A stretch of 64,000 bases of DNA, from NCBI GenBank assembly GCA_964016885.1, contig OZ024746.1:94674001-94738000 (forward strand), written 5' to 3'. This stretch comes from Eledone cirrhosa (Eukaryota). Shown in pieces: positions 42,960-57,355 of this stretch (its first letter is position 1; the number at the start of each line of letters is the position of its first letter). The position numbers and the translations under genes are program-made. The notes under the pieces are model-generated. The model was not told where the DNA came from, made no database searches, and worked only from the letters and a program-made list of their open reading frames with translations.

Positions 42960-43390
42960 ATCCCGGGTTCTATCGCGAGTAACAACAGTAAGTAAGGTAT
43001 TCAATACATGGCAGAGTATAAAGCTTTCCTGATGATTTCTCCTGTAGAAGCCATTTATATATTATATATATATATATGGAAACTATATTTATAAAACCAT
43101 ATTTATTCTATTATATATAGTTCAAGGGTACCAAAACTTTGGTACGCTCTCATCAGATAAAATACAAAGTTTGTTTTATAAATATTGACATAACCAGGAA
43201 CGAGATCTTAACGGTTCAAGTTTTTCCTGGATATATATTTGTTGAATTACCAACAAATTAAATATCCCTTTGCTTATATATATATAGTAATAATAATAAA
43301 TTTGAAGACTAAAATCCAAAGAGGGCTCGATCAGGATAAATATATATCAAATATATAAGAACCGTAGAACAAATATTTATTAAAATATTA

Positions 43391-43462
<72 letters not shown>

Positions 43463-44269
43463 ATGTATATATATATATATAACGAAGGAAGTGTGGTAAG
43501 GAACAAGGTGAATCATTAACGCACCAGAGTACTCGATATTTTGGGCAGTAGAGTGGGTAATAGGAAAAGAGTCAGGACCCCTTTTGGGGACCTTCTACGG
43601 CTCTATCAGGAATTACGGGACAATACCCAACCATACCATCAACTTAGCCGCCAGACAAACAATCTTGATTATATATGGGCTGGTCATGTCATCAGAATGA
43701 GTAACAAAAGAATACCAGCCTGGTTGTGGATATAGAAATACTGAACGTCAGTGGCTCAGATGCAAATAGAAGCTGAATAGTAATCTTTCAGGAACCAATT
43801 TATCTTATGAGACGTCTGAGCAAGTGGCCTTGGGGCTGAAGAACTGCAGGGTCATAATAGGATCAGAAACTTCGAGTCCTGTTGTATCCATAGGCAACAA
43901 GAGAAAAACATTTTCAAACATACCAGCAACATTATCTCGTCGTAACTGATCGGCCTGATTTGCATATTACCAGACTGGCTGATCAGTCAAATCTGCATAT
44001 TAGCAGATCCACTGATCAGCCAAATTTGCATATCAACAGACAGGCAAGTCAGTTTCCTGTATACGAGCGATTAATGGCCGGCTATCCCCTATTCAAATTA
44101 AAAAAAAAAAAAATTTCGGTCTACATGCCGGAATACAATAAATGTAATCTGAGTTTTTCGAATATTAATAATAATATTCGATTCGTTTGCAATTATGCAG
44201 ATCAGTCACTGCATATTTTAGAAAATATCATATATTTTCACTAGCTCTGACAGTTGGCAGGTGAACAGT

Positions 44270-44319
44270 GAACTGTACTGATGAAGGGTAATACCTAGAA
44301 ACATTAGTGTCTGCAGTTC
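44270..44319 (+). ncRNA. Type I hammerhead ribozyme in the spacer of inverted repeat 44098-44200 / 44392-44493
   Basis: gaactgta-CTGATGA-agggtaatacct-a-GAAAC-attagt-GTC-tgcagttc (8-bp stem I). Confidence 0.75.
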
Positions 44320-44494
44320 TGTTTACATACCAACACAAGAGCAAGAATGAGGGGCTCATTCTACTGACATGGCTTTAAAAATGAGGCTGTTTGCATAATT
44401 GCAAATGAATCGAATATTATTATTATTATTATTATTCGAAAAACTCAGATTACATTTATTGTATTCAGCCATGTAGAGCGAACTTTTTTTAAAA

Positions 44495-45812
44495 TTATAT
44501 ATATATAGATAGATAGATAATTATATATATATAGATAGATAGATAATTATATATATATAGATAGATAGATAATTATATATATATAGATAGATAGATAATT
44601 ATATATATATAGATAGATAGATAATTATATATATATAGATAGATAGATAATTTTATATATATAGATAGATAATTATATATATATAGATAGATAGATAATT
44701 ATATATATATAGATAGATAGATAATTATATATATATAGATAGATAGATAATTTTATATATATATAGATAGATAGATAATTATATATAGATAGATAGATAA
44801 TTATATATATATAGATAGATAGATAATTATATATATATAGATAGATAGATAATTATATATATATATAGATAGATAGATAATTATATATATATAGATAGAT
44901 AGATAATTATATATATATAGATAGATAGATAATTTTATATATATAGATAGATAATTATATATATATAGATAGATAGATAATTATATATATATAGATAGAT
45001 AGATAATTATATATATATAGATAGATAGATAATTTTATATATATATAGATAGATAGATAATTATATATAGATAGATAGATAATTATATATATATAGATAG
45101 ATAGATAATTATATATATATAGATAGATAGATAATTATATATATATATAGATAGATAGATAATTATATATATATATAGATAGATAGATAATTTTATATAT
45201 ATATAGATAGATAGATAATTATATATAGATAGATAGATAGATAATTATATATATATAGATAGATAGATAATTTTATATATATAGATAGATAGATAATTTT
45301 ATATATATAGATAGATAGATAATTATATATATATAGATAGATAGATAATTATATATAGATAGATAGATAGATAGATAGATAATTATATATATATAGATAG
45401 ATAGATAATTATATATATATAGATAGATAGATAATTATATATATATAGATAGATAGATAATTATATATATATAGATAGATAGATAGATAGATAATTATAT
45501 ATATATAGATAGATAATTATATATATATAGATAGATAGATAGATAATTATATATATATAGATAGATAGATAATTTTATGTATATAGATAGATAGATAATT
45601 ATATATATATAGATAGATAGATAATTATATATAGATAGATAGATAGATAGATAATTATATATAGATAGATAGATAGATAGATAATTATATATATATAGAT
45701 AGATAGATAATTATATATATATAGATAGATAGATAGATAATTATATATATATAGATAGATAGATAATTATATATATATAGATAATTATATATATATAGAT
45801 ATATAGATAATT
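44495..45812. repeat. Compound minisatellite AATT(AT)n(AGAT)n, ~24-bp unit
   Basis: Direct inspection. Confidence 0.95.
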
Positions 45813-45833
45813 TTCTTTTTAAAAATAGTTACT

Positions 45834-45915
45834 CGCTGCGGGCAGGATTCGAACCTGCGCGGGCAACGCCCATTGGATTTCAAGTCCAACGCCTTAACCA
45901 CTCGGCCACCACAGC
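45834..45915 (-). tRNA. tRNA-Ser (anticodon TGA)
   Basis: GCTGTGGTGGCCGAGTGGTTAAGGCGTTGGACTTGAAATCCAATGGGCGTTGCCCGCGCAGGTTCGAATCCTGCCCGCAGCG; 82 nt, full cloverleaf, long variable arm, G discriminator, T5 Pol III terminator 8 nt downstream. Confidence 0.95.
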
Positions 45916-45925
45916 TGATATAGAT

Positions 45926-46526
45926 ATGTTTCTTTTATTTGCCACTAGGGTATCAAAAGTGGGACAAGTACAAAGGGGGGAGTTTACACAAAAAGGCGTC
46001 CTCAATAAGGAGGAGGCAATAACAAAATATAAAAATAAAATAAGATATAACAAAAAATAAAATTTATAACAAAATCCTCAATAGAGAGGAGGCGCCTTGG
46101 GGGGTCGCACACACCCCCGAAAAAAGTGGCAACCCTTTTCCTCAGGAGCACAGAGAGGGGTGCTCCCTCGTTCCTTCCTCTTTTCCACCTACAGGCTTAT
46201 GTAAAGAGAAGGCCCATTCACACAGGCCATTCTCGCCACTTTCACCCATCTTTCATAGAAACGGCTGGGGTGCAGCACCTCTCTCTCCATCCTGATCCTT
46301 CTTCCGAAATGATATCGGAAGAAACGGACCAGTTGTTGGCCAGAGAGAAAGGTGCCTGACCTCAGTCCTTTCAGACGCGTCCACCATACAACCTCTTTCG
46401 CCATGGCTATTACGCACAGAAACACAGCCTCTGCTTCATCTTTGAAGGGGGGAGGCGGCTTGATCATTACAATAGACTCGGTGGTCAACCGGATCGGTCC
46501 CACCCTTGACAGCAGTTGTTCGACAG
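45926..46526 (-). mobile_element. 5'-truncated Tx1-like LINE
   Basis: VEQLLSRVGPIRLTTESIV..AVFLCVIAMAKEVVWWTRLKG..RWVKVARM*, then 3'UTR and AATAAA. Confidence 0.8.
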
Positions 46527-46769
46527 GTAGATAGTATCAAAAAGATGGGAGGCCATAATCAGTTGATTTAGAGTTATTTAAATCTCCGTAATACATATTT
46601 CGCTGAGGGCTACGAATTTTAATGTTCTGAGCTCTTCAGACGGCATAAGAACTTGTAAACATTTCAAAACTTCCTCGAAAAAATGTTTTTCTTTTCGTGA
46701 TACAGGGGACAGCCGAATGAGTTGACGTTGTTTCGCCCCCCCCCCCCCCCCCACCTCATCTATATATAT

Positions 46770-47110
46770 ATATCACAGAAAAAAAGCGAATCAGTGTTGC
46801 GACGAATGGAATTTATTGGACATATTACAATCGTTTCTCTGGCGACCAGCTCGAGGCACGATCCTAATAGGAAAATCTGCTTCGTAGAATCAAGACGTAT
46901 CTGAGCACCTTGCAATTTCAGAGTCAGGTTCGATCATTACATCGATCATGCCTCGAGCTGGTCGCCAGAGAAACGATTGCAATATGTCCAATAAATGTTA
47001 TTCGTCGTAACACTGATTCTCCGTTTCTTATGTGATATCATACTCTGCTCTGTAAGAGCATCGAGTGCTCAAACGGCCTACCGCTTACGGACGCTTTAAG
47101 CACCCCACAC
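46770..47110 (+). mobile_element. Fold-back mini-element, diverged homolog of 9617-9950
   Basis: Arms ~46770-46863 / 46944-47038; degenerate HHR (CTGAGCA..GAAACgattGCA); homologous tail. Confidence 0.75.
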
Positions 47111-47130
47111 TAATTATATATATATATATG

Positions 47131-47180
<50 letters not shown>

Positions 47181-47817
47181 AGACGTTTGTATGTGTATGT
47201 GTTTGAAACGAATCGGATGATCAAATTGTCAGATACAATACCAAAATACCTTGTAGCATTGTTTGCTTAGCTCTCTTTGAAGTCCTCAACCCTATACAGA
47301 TCCAAATTGACCTTTATCCTTGCCAGGTCAATGAAATAATAATTGGGTCGATTATATTATAATTGGGTTGACATATACCAGTTAAATAATCACCAAATAC
47401 ACCATTTTATTTTTGTTTAATTTTTATTAAAATCTTTATAACGTTTTGCTAGATATTCGATGGATATCCGTCGGTTTCGACGATGAGCGTTCCAGCTGTT
47501 CAATCAAAGGAATAGCTTTCTCATAAAATTAATGCGTAAGTGGGTGGCTAAGTGTTCCATTGAGGCGTGTACCGTTAAGTTAGTTCTCAGGGAGATTCGG
47601 TCTGATTCTGAGTGACATGGTTGACTCTTTGAATTTTAGGCACAATTTATCCGAAGTTACTTTCAAACAGTTTTCTATGGCTCAATCTTACACACAATGC
47701 ATGGGTCGGTCCGAGACTATGATAAATGACGCTTGTCTAAGATGCCAAACAGTGGGATCGAACCCATGACTTAGTGATTACGAAGCGAACGTCTGGACCA
47801 TGCTATGACCACTCTTG

Positions 47818-48023
47818 ATTTAGGCACAAGGCCAACAATTTCGGGGGAATGGAAAGTCGAGTAAATCGACACCAGTGCATTACTGGTACTTTATTTTATA
47901 GACCCCGTAAGGATGAAAGGCAAAGTTAACCTCGGCGGGATTTGAACTCAGGCCATAAAGGGACCTAACTCTATGCTGCAAAGCATGGTGTCCTACTCTA
48001 CCGGCACTGCCAATACACCGCCC
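47818..48023 (-). mobile_element. SINE family A
   Basis: Full head and central domain. Confidence 0.85.
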
Positions 48024-48317
48024 TGATATATAATGATGTTAGATATTATTTAAGAATACCTAATTAGAAGGAAATTAATCAATTAGAAATAAAACAAATT
48101 ATCGAGATGTTTAAAACAAGAAAGAAAACATATATTCTATTTTCGTTTTCTATTTTCTTTACTTTCTTCAGTAATTAGACAGTGGTTAGACTGGGTATCA
48201 ATTTAAAGAGATTTAATCGATCTATTTTTGTCGAACCGTTAGATGAGAAATGAACAAACTGTAAAAGTAAACACATAAACACAAAGACTAACAGATATAT
48301 ATTTATATATACATAGT

Positions 48318-48532
48318 GAAGGGGCGTAGCTGAGTGGTTAGAGAATTGAAATCGCAATCGTGAAATTCTGAGTTCGATTCCCAGACCAGGTGAAGCGTTA
48401 TGTCCTTGGGCAAGACACTGTATTTCACGTTGCTCCTTCTACTTGGAGTTGCGACCGATAGATAGTATTAGCAATTGGAAAGACCAATGGAAACATTGAT
48501 TCCTTGGTCCGATTTGACGAAAGTCGATCGAC
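48318..48532 (+). mobile_element. SINE family B
   Basis: A/B boxes, CORE-like block, family tail. Confidence 0.85.
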
Positions 48533-49361
48533 TGTCTATGCATAGTTTCAGTCAACCAAATTTCACTAACAATTTGTCTAACCTAGGCTATAGTAAAACA
48601 ATTGCTCAGGGGTGCTACCTATTGATATTGAACCCGAAACCAGACAGCCATGCCTTCACCTATCTTTTGTTTATTAGACTTAACGATGACAGAATTTACT
48701 GAAAAAAAAAAATGTATTTGTTTGACCATTTACCATTTATATTATTCTATATATGCTATTGTATTTTCATTGAAAACGCTTTATCTCACATAATTATCTC
48801 ACATAATATCGAATCTATGAACGTTTGATATTATTTATTTTAACATCAGTATGAGTGGCTTGTTATGACTGGTTTGAACAGAAAGAAGTGAGAGAATTCT
48901 GGCCGGATACGGCTGGTTTAAATGCTAAAGGGTTAAGGCTACCATCGGTTATGATTGACTATGGAATTCCTCTCAAAGGACGCAGACCTAGGCAAGTTAA
49001 TTTGTGGACGACCAGCAGTCACCCATGCATGTCAATCTGTCATCTCCACGCAACTGATGTTTTCCAAGGGAAAAGCAATCACCGATACAACGGAATTGAC
49101 TACCCGCAGGTATGAACCCTGCAAGCTGAAATGGTTCTTCAAGCGCGTCTTCCTCACCATCCTTCGGGGCATCGCCTTCTCTATTCTGTCTGCCGGGGCG
49201 GCGAGCCGGTCAGTGCATGGGTCCACGTTTGCTTATGATAGTGAAAGATGGGGAGAGGGGGAGAGACGGAGGCAGTGACTGTGGGAGTTAGGTTCCATTG
49301 TGTTCGGACCTGATGTATATGAAATACATATACATGTATATATTTATTTACCATACCAAAT

Positions 49362-49405
<44 letters not shown>

Positions 49406-49994
49406 GTGGAGGCACGTGGCCTAGTGGTAAGAGTGTTGGACTTACTATCATAATGTCGTGGGTTCAATTGCTGAACTGCGTGTTGTGTTCTTGAGCAAAA
49501 CACTTCATTTCACGTTGCTCCAGTATACTCAGCTGAAAATGAGTACCAGCAAAAGCAGGGGATTTAACACTGCGATGGACTGGGGCCCTGTCCATGGGTG
49601 AATCTTGTACTCTCAGTCGCTTCATGCCATGAAACCGGGATAAGCACCGGCCAAATGAGCCTTCTGGCTTAAGACAAAATTTTGACTTTTTTTTAGATAT
49701 ATACATTCATCAGGACTTATTTCCTCAAGAACTAAACCAACAAAACACATACTATCACACAACTAAAACAAACCAGCCACACATACATATATATATATAC
49801 TTGTCACCAGTGTCGTTGCAGCTGAGTGAAGTGAAACAATATGAAATAAAGTGTCTTGCTCAAGGACACAATACACCAGCCAGTCATGGAATCGAACTCA
49901 CGATCGTATGCCCATCATTTTAACTACTTAGTCAAGCGACTTCATTTGTGGAATATATAGGTTTTATATTTAATTGCAGTTTTTTTTATACGTT

Positions 49995-50560
49995 TTGGGT
50001 TCCAATCCCGTCGTAGTTAGCTTTGCCTTTCATCATTACGAGATCGATAAAATAAAGTACCAGTAACGCACTGGGGTCGATTTAAACTACTCTCTCCTCC
50101 TCTAAAATGTGTTGATTTTGTGTCTAAATTAGAAACTATTATTATTATTATTTAAAGGGCGGTAGGGCGGTGGATTGGCAGTATCGGGAGAGGGTCGGAC
50201 GCCATGCTTTGCAGCATAGAGTTACGGCCCTTTATGATCTGAGTTCAAATCCCGCCGATAAAATAATCCCGGAGTCGATAAAATAAAGTACCAGTCACTT
50301 AATCGACTTTCCCCTCCCCCAAAATTGCTGGCCTTGTGCCTATATAAGAAAGGGCGGTGGATTGGCTGCATCGGTAGAGCGTCGGACACCATGCTTCACA
50401 GCATAGAGTTACATCCCTTTGTGTTCTGAGTTCAAACGCTGCTGAGCTCAAATGCTGCCTATCATCCTTACGGGGTCGATACAATAAAGTACCAGTAATA
50501 CACTGAGGTCTATTTAATCGACTTTCCCCTCTCTCCAAATTTGTGGGTCCTATACCTACA
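49995..50560 (+). mobile_element. Cluster of SINE family A copies
   Basis: Three ATAAAATAAAGTACCAGT-type domains. Confidence 0.8.
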
Positions 50561-51602
50561 TCTGGACCCATATTTAATTGTGGTTAGTCGACCGTATTGG
50601 CTGAATGGTTAAGACGTGTCTTTATCGATACGTGTCTTTATCGTGGCTTCGGGTCGACTCAAGTCTTGTAAGTGAAATTAAGTAGACGGGAACTGTGAAG
50701 AAGCCCGTCGGATGGATTGTACTTGTAATTGAAATATCCAGCTTTGTCAGGTATCGTGTCACGTTAATTTTGGCTTGTAAATTACATTAAGGGTACACAT
50801 ATCTGTAGAAAGCTCGGGCACTCATTACACGTTAATTCACGAATCGAATGTTTAAGTGATCGAACAACTGCATGTTCATCGTCGAAACTGACGGAGGATC
50901 TTTTATTGCTGATGATTCAAGGTATCTCTGACGAAAATCAAGCAGATCGAGGAACGTGGGATGTAAAATGCTAATATCCTTTCAATATGAATTTCTGAAA
51001 AGAAATAAAATAGAAAATGTAGAACGGGTAGTTCCATATATAGAGGTTGGTGTTGGTGTTGTTGTTGTTGTTGGTGGTGGGGTGGTACATCAGGTAGAAA
51101 ACATTTAAGGAATGCAAGATAACGAAGACTTATCAAAACGATTTCAGCTGCTAAACGTTCAAGGAGAAAGAAGGGGAAAACGCAACGCGTTTAACCTGGA
51201 CTTATACAGAAAAATATTGGAATATTTGTATGGAGACCATAAGTTGAAGAAATTCATTCATTTTATATACGGAGGAGAACGATTATAATTACGGAAAATG
51301 TTATCAACTGTGTTATTGTTATCAAAATTAATGGGTTCATAACATGCCCAGGTTATTCTTATATCTTCTATTGTTATCAGTTTGTAATTGTTACCTAAAA
51401 GACTTCATTGTAAAAATGATCACAATAACCAGCTTCCTCTCTATACGTATGATCAATGTCATATATATATATATGCGTGTGTGTGTGTGTGTGTTCAGAA
51501 GAGATTGTTTTGGTAAAAACAGGAGCAAGCAGGAGAAAGCTCTCTACATTTGTAGTTTGTAGTTACGATGGAGATGCTAATCTTATATATATATATATAT
51601 AT

Positions 51603-52262
51603 ATATGAAACAAAAACAAAGAGCACTTAGATCATCAATTAATCTTTATTTGCTAACAGTGTTTCGTCCTTGCATAATTGCAGGACTCATCAGAGCATTA
51701 TAAAGAGGATTTAGATCAATAGTATAAACTCTACTGACCTATATCACAAGAACGATCTATATGTAGCACAGAGGACTAAGAAGAGTGGGGTGCTTGGACG
51801 ACGCGTCACCGCTAGAAGCCGATACATATATCTTTATTTTATCCTTACTTTTAGACTCTACTCGTTACGCTTTATCTCTTATCTTTAACTTCCTTATCTT
51901 TTATTTTTCCTTATATTTAATTATTGTAACTGATTTTGGTCTTATATGTATCGGCTTCTAGCGGTGACGCGTCGTCCATGCACCCCACTCTTCTTAGTCC
52001 TCTGTGCTACATATGGATCGTTCTTGTGATATAGGTCGGTAGAGTTTATACTATTGATCTAATACCACTTTATACCGCTCTGATGAGTCCTGCAATTATG
52101 CAAGGACGAAACACTGTCAGCAAATAAAGATTAATTGATGATGTAAGCGCTCTTTGTTTTTGTTCCATATAACGGCTCGGCTGTCAAGCATTGAGCTAAT
52201 TAAATACTGTCATAAATTAGACAGGACGCCTGTATCTTAGACACACGTTCTGTTGTCTAAAC
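51603..52262 (+). mobile_element. Large fold-back element with an HHR in each arm and one-sided tail (PLE inverted-pLTR architecture)
   Basis: ~225-bp arms 51603-51830 / 51943-52170; tail 52171-52262; (TA)n both sides. Confidence 0.85.
52077..52121 (+). ncRNA. Type I hammerhead ribozyme (antisense twin at 51651-51697)
   Basis: gct-CTGATGA-gtcctgcaattatgcaaggac-GAAAC-act-GTC-agc then AATAAA. Confidence 0.85.
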
Positions 52263-52265
52263 ATA

Positions 52266-52325
<60 letters not shown>

Positions 52326-52401
52326 AACAAGAAACGAACAAACAAGTGATGCATTAACATGAAATGAATTAGTTTCACGCTTGGAGGAAGTAGAATGAGT
52401 T

Positions 52402-52444
<43 letters not shown>

Positions 52445-52445
<1 letters not shown>

Positions 52446-52940
52446 CTCTGGGTCCACCCCTGGGTCTCCTGCCAGTTGTTTTTACCCGTAAAATTTGTCC
52501 AACGATTCTTTCCTGAGACATTCTAACCACATGTCCATAGTATCGGAACTGTGATCTCTCAATTCAGAGAAGTAGCGGCTCTACCTGGAGTGACTCTCTG
52601 ATCTCCGAGCTACGCACTCTATCGAGTAACATTACTCCAAAGACCCTTCGGAGGAACCCCATTTCAGCTGCTTGTATTCGCGATCGTATTCTTTCGGTTA
52701 TTACCCAAGATTCATCATGATAGGTAATGTCTGGTTCGAATACCGAATCGAAGATAGCGAGTTTGGCTTTTATATCTACCCCTCTTCTTCTGATTATTGA
52801 ATGCTGAAGCTGGCGCATTACTGCATCTGTCCCTGCAATTCATGCACTTAATTCAGCCTCATGCCTCCCTTACTCGTGAACACGACCCCCAAGATACTTG
52901 AACTTCTCTTGCTGCTTCAGTGGAACTCCATTTACATGTA
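52445..52940 (-). mobile_element. RTE-clade LINE RT fragment
   Basis: EKFKYLGVVF..KAKLAIFDSVFEP..ESWVITERIRSRIQAAEMGFLRRVFGVMLLDRVRSSEIRESLQVEPLLL. Confidence 0.85.
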
Positions 52941-53469
52941 GAGACGCTTGTCTTCTAAAGGAAACCACAATTTTCTAGTAGAAGAATTTGAAAGTAATTT
53001 TTGGAAAAGAAAATGAAAGCTATAAATTGGCAGAATCGTTAGATCTTCGGATAAAATATTTGCTGTATTCGTACTGGCTCTCTGCTCTCTCTGAGTTGAA
53101 ATACCTCCGAGGTCACTTTTGCCTTTCAAACTTTCGAGGTCGATAACAGTATAATTCTCTTTTACACTTCCTCTCACCTTCTCTCGAAGAATTTGGCTGT
53201 GTTCTGGCCTAGGGAGAGGATGGGCTCCGCCAGATTTAAAGTGCCAAAGAAATACTGTAGGTCATGATGGTGTCCCTACGACACCGTCACACCATGAGGA
53301 AGTATGAACCCATACATACGTTCATATATCTATATATATATATCTGTGCATGGTTGACGGCTGAGAGAAAAGAGTACTCAACACTGATTTTATTAAGTAC
53401 TCAATAATCCCTTTATTACGGCTAAATGAGTGAGTCTTATTACTCAGGACTTTCGCTTGTGTTAAACAG

Positions 53470-53653
53470 TTAGGAGACCCAGGGATAGACCCCCGAGCAA
53501 GATGGTAGGATAACATTCGTGAGCTTGGCTGGTCTCGTTTGGGGGTCCAGCCGGACCAGTTGGGGACGGTTGCTTCTGATAGGACCCACTGGGAGGAGTG
53601 TTTGAGGACTCTGCCCCCAGGACCCTCTCAGGAATAAGTGGGCGAAGAAGAAG
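53470..53653 (+). mobile_element. RTE-clade LINE 3' end, same family as 12614-13054
   Basis: RRPRDRPPSKM.. and GAAGAAGAAG tail. Confidence 0.75.
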
Positions 53654-53999
53654 TTTCTTTCCGTTCGCGCTGTCTGAAATAACCAACAGCAACAGCATAC
53701 ATACACACACAATTATGCATGTGTGTATGATGGAGTTTATATATGTGTGTACATTGTTTCTCTAATTCTATTTCTCAATTTATATATAGTCTCGCCCTAC
53801 ATCCTATATTTTAACACGGTCTCAGAAATTTAGACGAACGTCTTTTACCTTAAGAAGCAAATACTTCTACCAGACTTCCTCCCAGGAAGTACTCTCTGCT
53901 GCCACAGTCAAGTCTTCTATCTCCAGATCAGAAACAAAAACCCAAAACTTTTTCATACAAGATTTATTTCTGACATACATGCATACATACACACACACA

Positions 54000-54039
<40 letters not shown>

Positions 54040-54087
54040 CACACACGCGCGCGCACACACATACACACACACACATATATATATACC

Positions 54088-54171
<84 letters not shown>

Positions 54172-54280
54172 TAGATATAGATATATATATTTGTAAAAGG
54201 TAAACAGAAATAACAACACAATCGGTACAGTATATGGAAGGAATATATTAGGTTAACGCTTGAAATAGCAGGAAGAGTGT

Positions 54281-54314
54281 CTTAACGTTTCGGACGCTAG
54301 TCCTTCACCAGAAG
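54281..54314 (-). ncRNA. Minimal HHR with one core substitution
   Basis: Reverse complement ctt-CTGGTGA-a-ggac-tagc-gtcc-GAAACGTT-aag. Confidence 0.55.
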
Positions 54315-54677
54315 AAAGAATTAGAAATAAGATAGATTGAAGGGACGGGCGGGGTGGAATTTGAAAACACCACCACCACCCCTTTAACCCACAAGCCCTT
54401 TTGGTGAACATGAGATTACGGTAGATAATTGTTTCTACTTTTAGCACAAGGTCAGCAATTATTCCAGTGTATTACTGGTACTTTATTTTATCGACCCCCG
54501 TATGGAGGAAAGGCAAAGTTAACCTCGCCTGGTTTACGGCAGATAATGCTTTATTCCGTTGACCAATGAATTCTGCAGTGAGGCTGACCAAGAAACCACG
54601 TGGTCGCCAAGCCTACTCCTAAACATACAGCCATGCTTGCACGGCTATATATACACATACACACATCTATCTATGTA

Positions 54678-54868
<191 letters not shown>

Positions 54869-54935
54869 CATCCACTGCCAATACTGGAATTGAATAATCA
54901 AGACCGTAGCGGTATGTCATATATCAAATCATATA

Positions 54936-54999
54936 TTTTATCTGATGAAGACGTACTGAAAAAAAACAACACAGTACCTTTGAAATATATATAATAAAG
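54936..54999 (+). ncRNA. Minimal type I hammerhead ribozyme (GTAC stem II family)
   Basis: ttttat-CTGATGA-aga-cgtactg..cagtac-cttt-GAAAT-atat-ATA-ataaag. Confidence 0.65.
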
Positions 55000-55142
55000 C
55001 ATATATTTTGATTATGTGAATATCTTTCGTTTGTTAATATCTTGAATAATATTAAAACCTCTAGGAAAACTACTGTTGAGTGCTTTTAATCTATTGTAAA
55101 ATTGTATTCATTGAGTAATCAACGACCCATATTAATCTTTGG

Positions 55143-55208
<66 letters not shown>

Positions 55209-55674
55209 TTTTGCATTCTTGCAATAATATACACAACTGAATTCTTTCGCCTGATATAGGGGTTGCCTCCCTTGCCGATCCCCACGTGGGGTCAGCAATA
55301 GTCAGTCCTTGTATTAACATTGAACTAAAACCTGTTGAGAAAGTGGCTTCCTTGTTCAATCATCTTACCAGAAACCTAACATTATTTATGTAAGCGGACA
55401 GTACTTGATTTAGGAGCCGCAGAAACCCAAATGCTGGATTTTACCAACCTTCCAGGGGTCCGGGTAAATTTTCAATCACAGATATTTTTTATTTGTTTGA
55501 CCCGAATTACTTGATCGTTTTTTTGGCTATGCGAATGATTGTTTAACCATCGTCTCAGTGTGTTTGGCCTTTAACGTTTGTTATAGCTCTGGTTCATCTG
55601 AATCATTGAGCACTTGCCACACATCTCGGAGGTGGTTTTTCGTTATTTCGTGGGCCGAAATGCGATTCACGATA

Positions 55675-55719
<45 letters not shown>

Positions 55720-55865
55720 TATAGAAGAGTTTCTACAGGACTAGAACTGTTACTTTATTTTATCGACCCCGTAAGGATGAAAGTAAAGCTAACTTTGGCA
55801 GGATTTGAACTCAGAACATAAAGGGACGTAACTGAGTTCAAATCCTGCCAAGGTTAGCTTTACCT

Positions 55866-55930
<65 letters not shown>

Positions 55931-56874
55931 ATGTGTGTGTGCGTGTATGTGTATACACTCCCTCTTTCAATGTTCACCTCGCTCCATAAACCCCCTTTAG
56001 ATATCTTCGTCACCGCACTACCACACACTACACACATACTTTAACACACACTAACACACACCTTAACACACACTTCATACACTACACACACACCTTAACA
56101 CACACTTCATACACTACACATACACACCTTAACACACACTTCATACACTTTACACTACATCTCGTCCCCATGAAGACATTCATTCAATCTTCTTACCTCC
56201 CTTCCCATCTCTTCCCCAACACCAGCTACCCACCACCCTCACCCTTTTCCCTCCCTCTCCCATCCCTCCCCCAACACCACCTACCCTCTCTCCCTCACCC
56301 TTTCCCCACACCCTCCCCCAATTCTCCCCACCGCCACCTTTCTTATCATCTCCTAGACAACAACACTCCTTCAGACACCAACCAACACCAATAAACTCCG
56401 CCGCCGTCGCTGTCGTTCTTGTCACCACCACCACCACCACCACCACCACCACAATTACCACCACCACCACCACCACCACTACCACCACCACCACCACCAC
56501 CACCACTGCCGCCGCCCGCCCATCTCCACAACACCTCAATCGCAACCGCCGCCGCACCCATCGCCAACACCCTAAAGCTCCCCCACCCACCCCTGCCCAA
56601 CAACCTCACCTCTCCCTGTCGTCACCGTCGTCGCCAGAATGTCCAGCAACGGCGTGTGGCAAGCACCTGTCATTGTATGTATAGGTGGTGGTGATGGTGG
56701 TGGTGTGAGACAGAAGGAGAGGTGTAGAGATATGAAGAAAGAGAGAGAGAGAAGGTGAAGGAAGAGAGAGGTATGACCGGCAGGTGCATCTAGGCACACG
56801 TCAATAACAAACTACAAAACACCGGGGGTGCGGTGTGGGGGAGGGGGAATCTACAACAATAACAACGAAGACAA

Positions 56875-56944
<70 letters not shown>

Positions 56945-57263
56945 CAAGGACGTTTTGTTAAGTATATATATATATATATATACTTATATATATTCACATA
57001 TATACATATATATACAATATATATGTATATATTTATACACACACACATATATATATATATAGAGAGAGAGAGACACTTTTAGATTGTTAGATACCTATAT
57101 ACATATATCTATAACTATAACTATATATATATATATATATGTGTGTATCTATATACATATATCTATTTTTATCTATCTACCTATATATATCTATAATATA
57201 TATATATATTTACATATATCTATAACTATATATATATACATAACTATATATTTACATATATAG

Positions 57264-57355
<92 letters not shown>

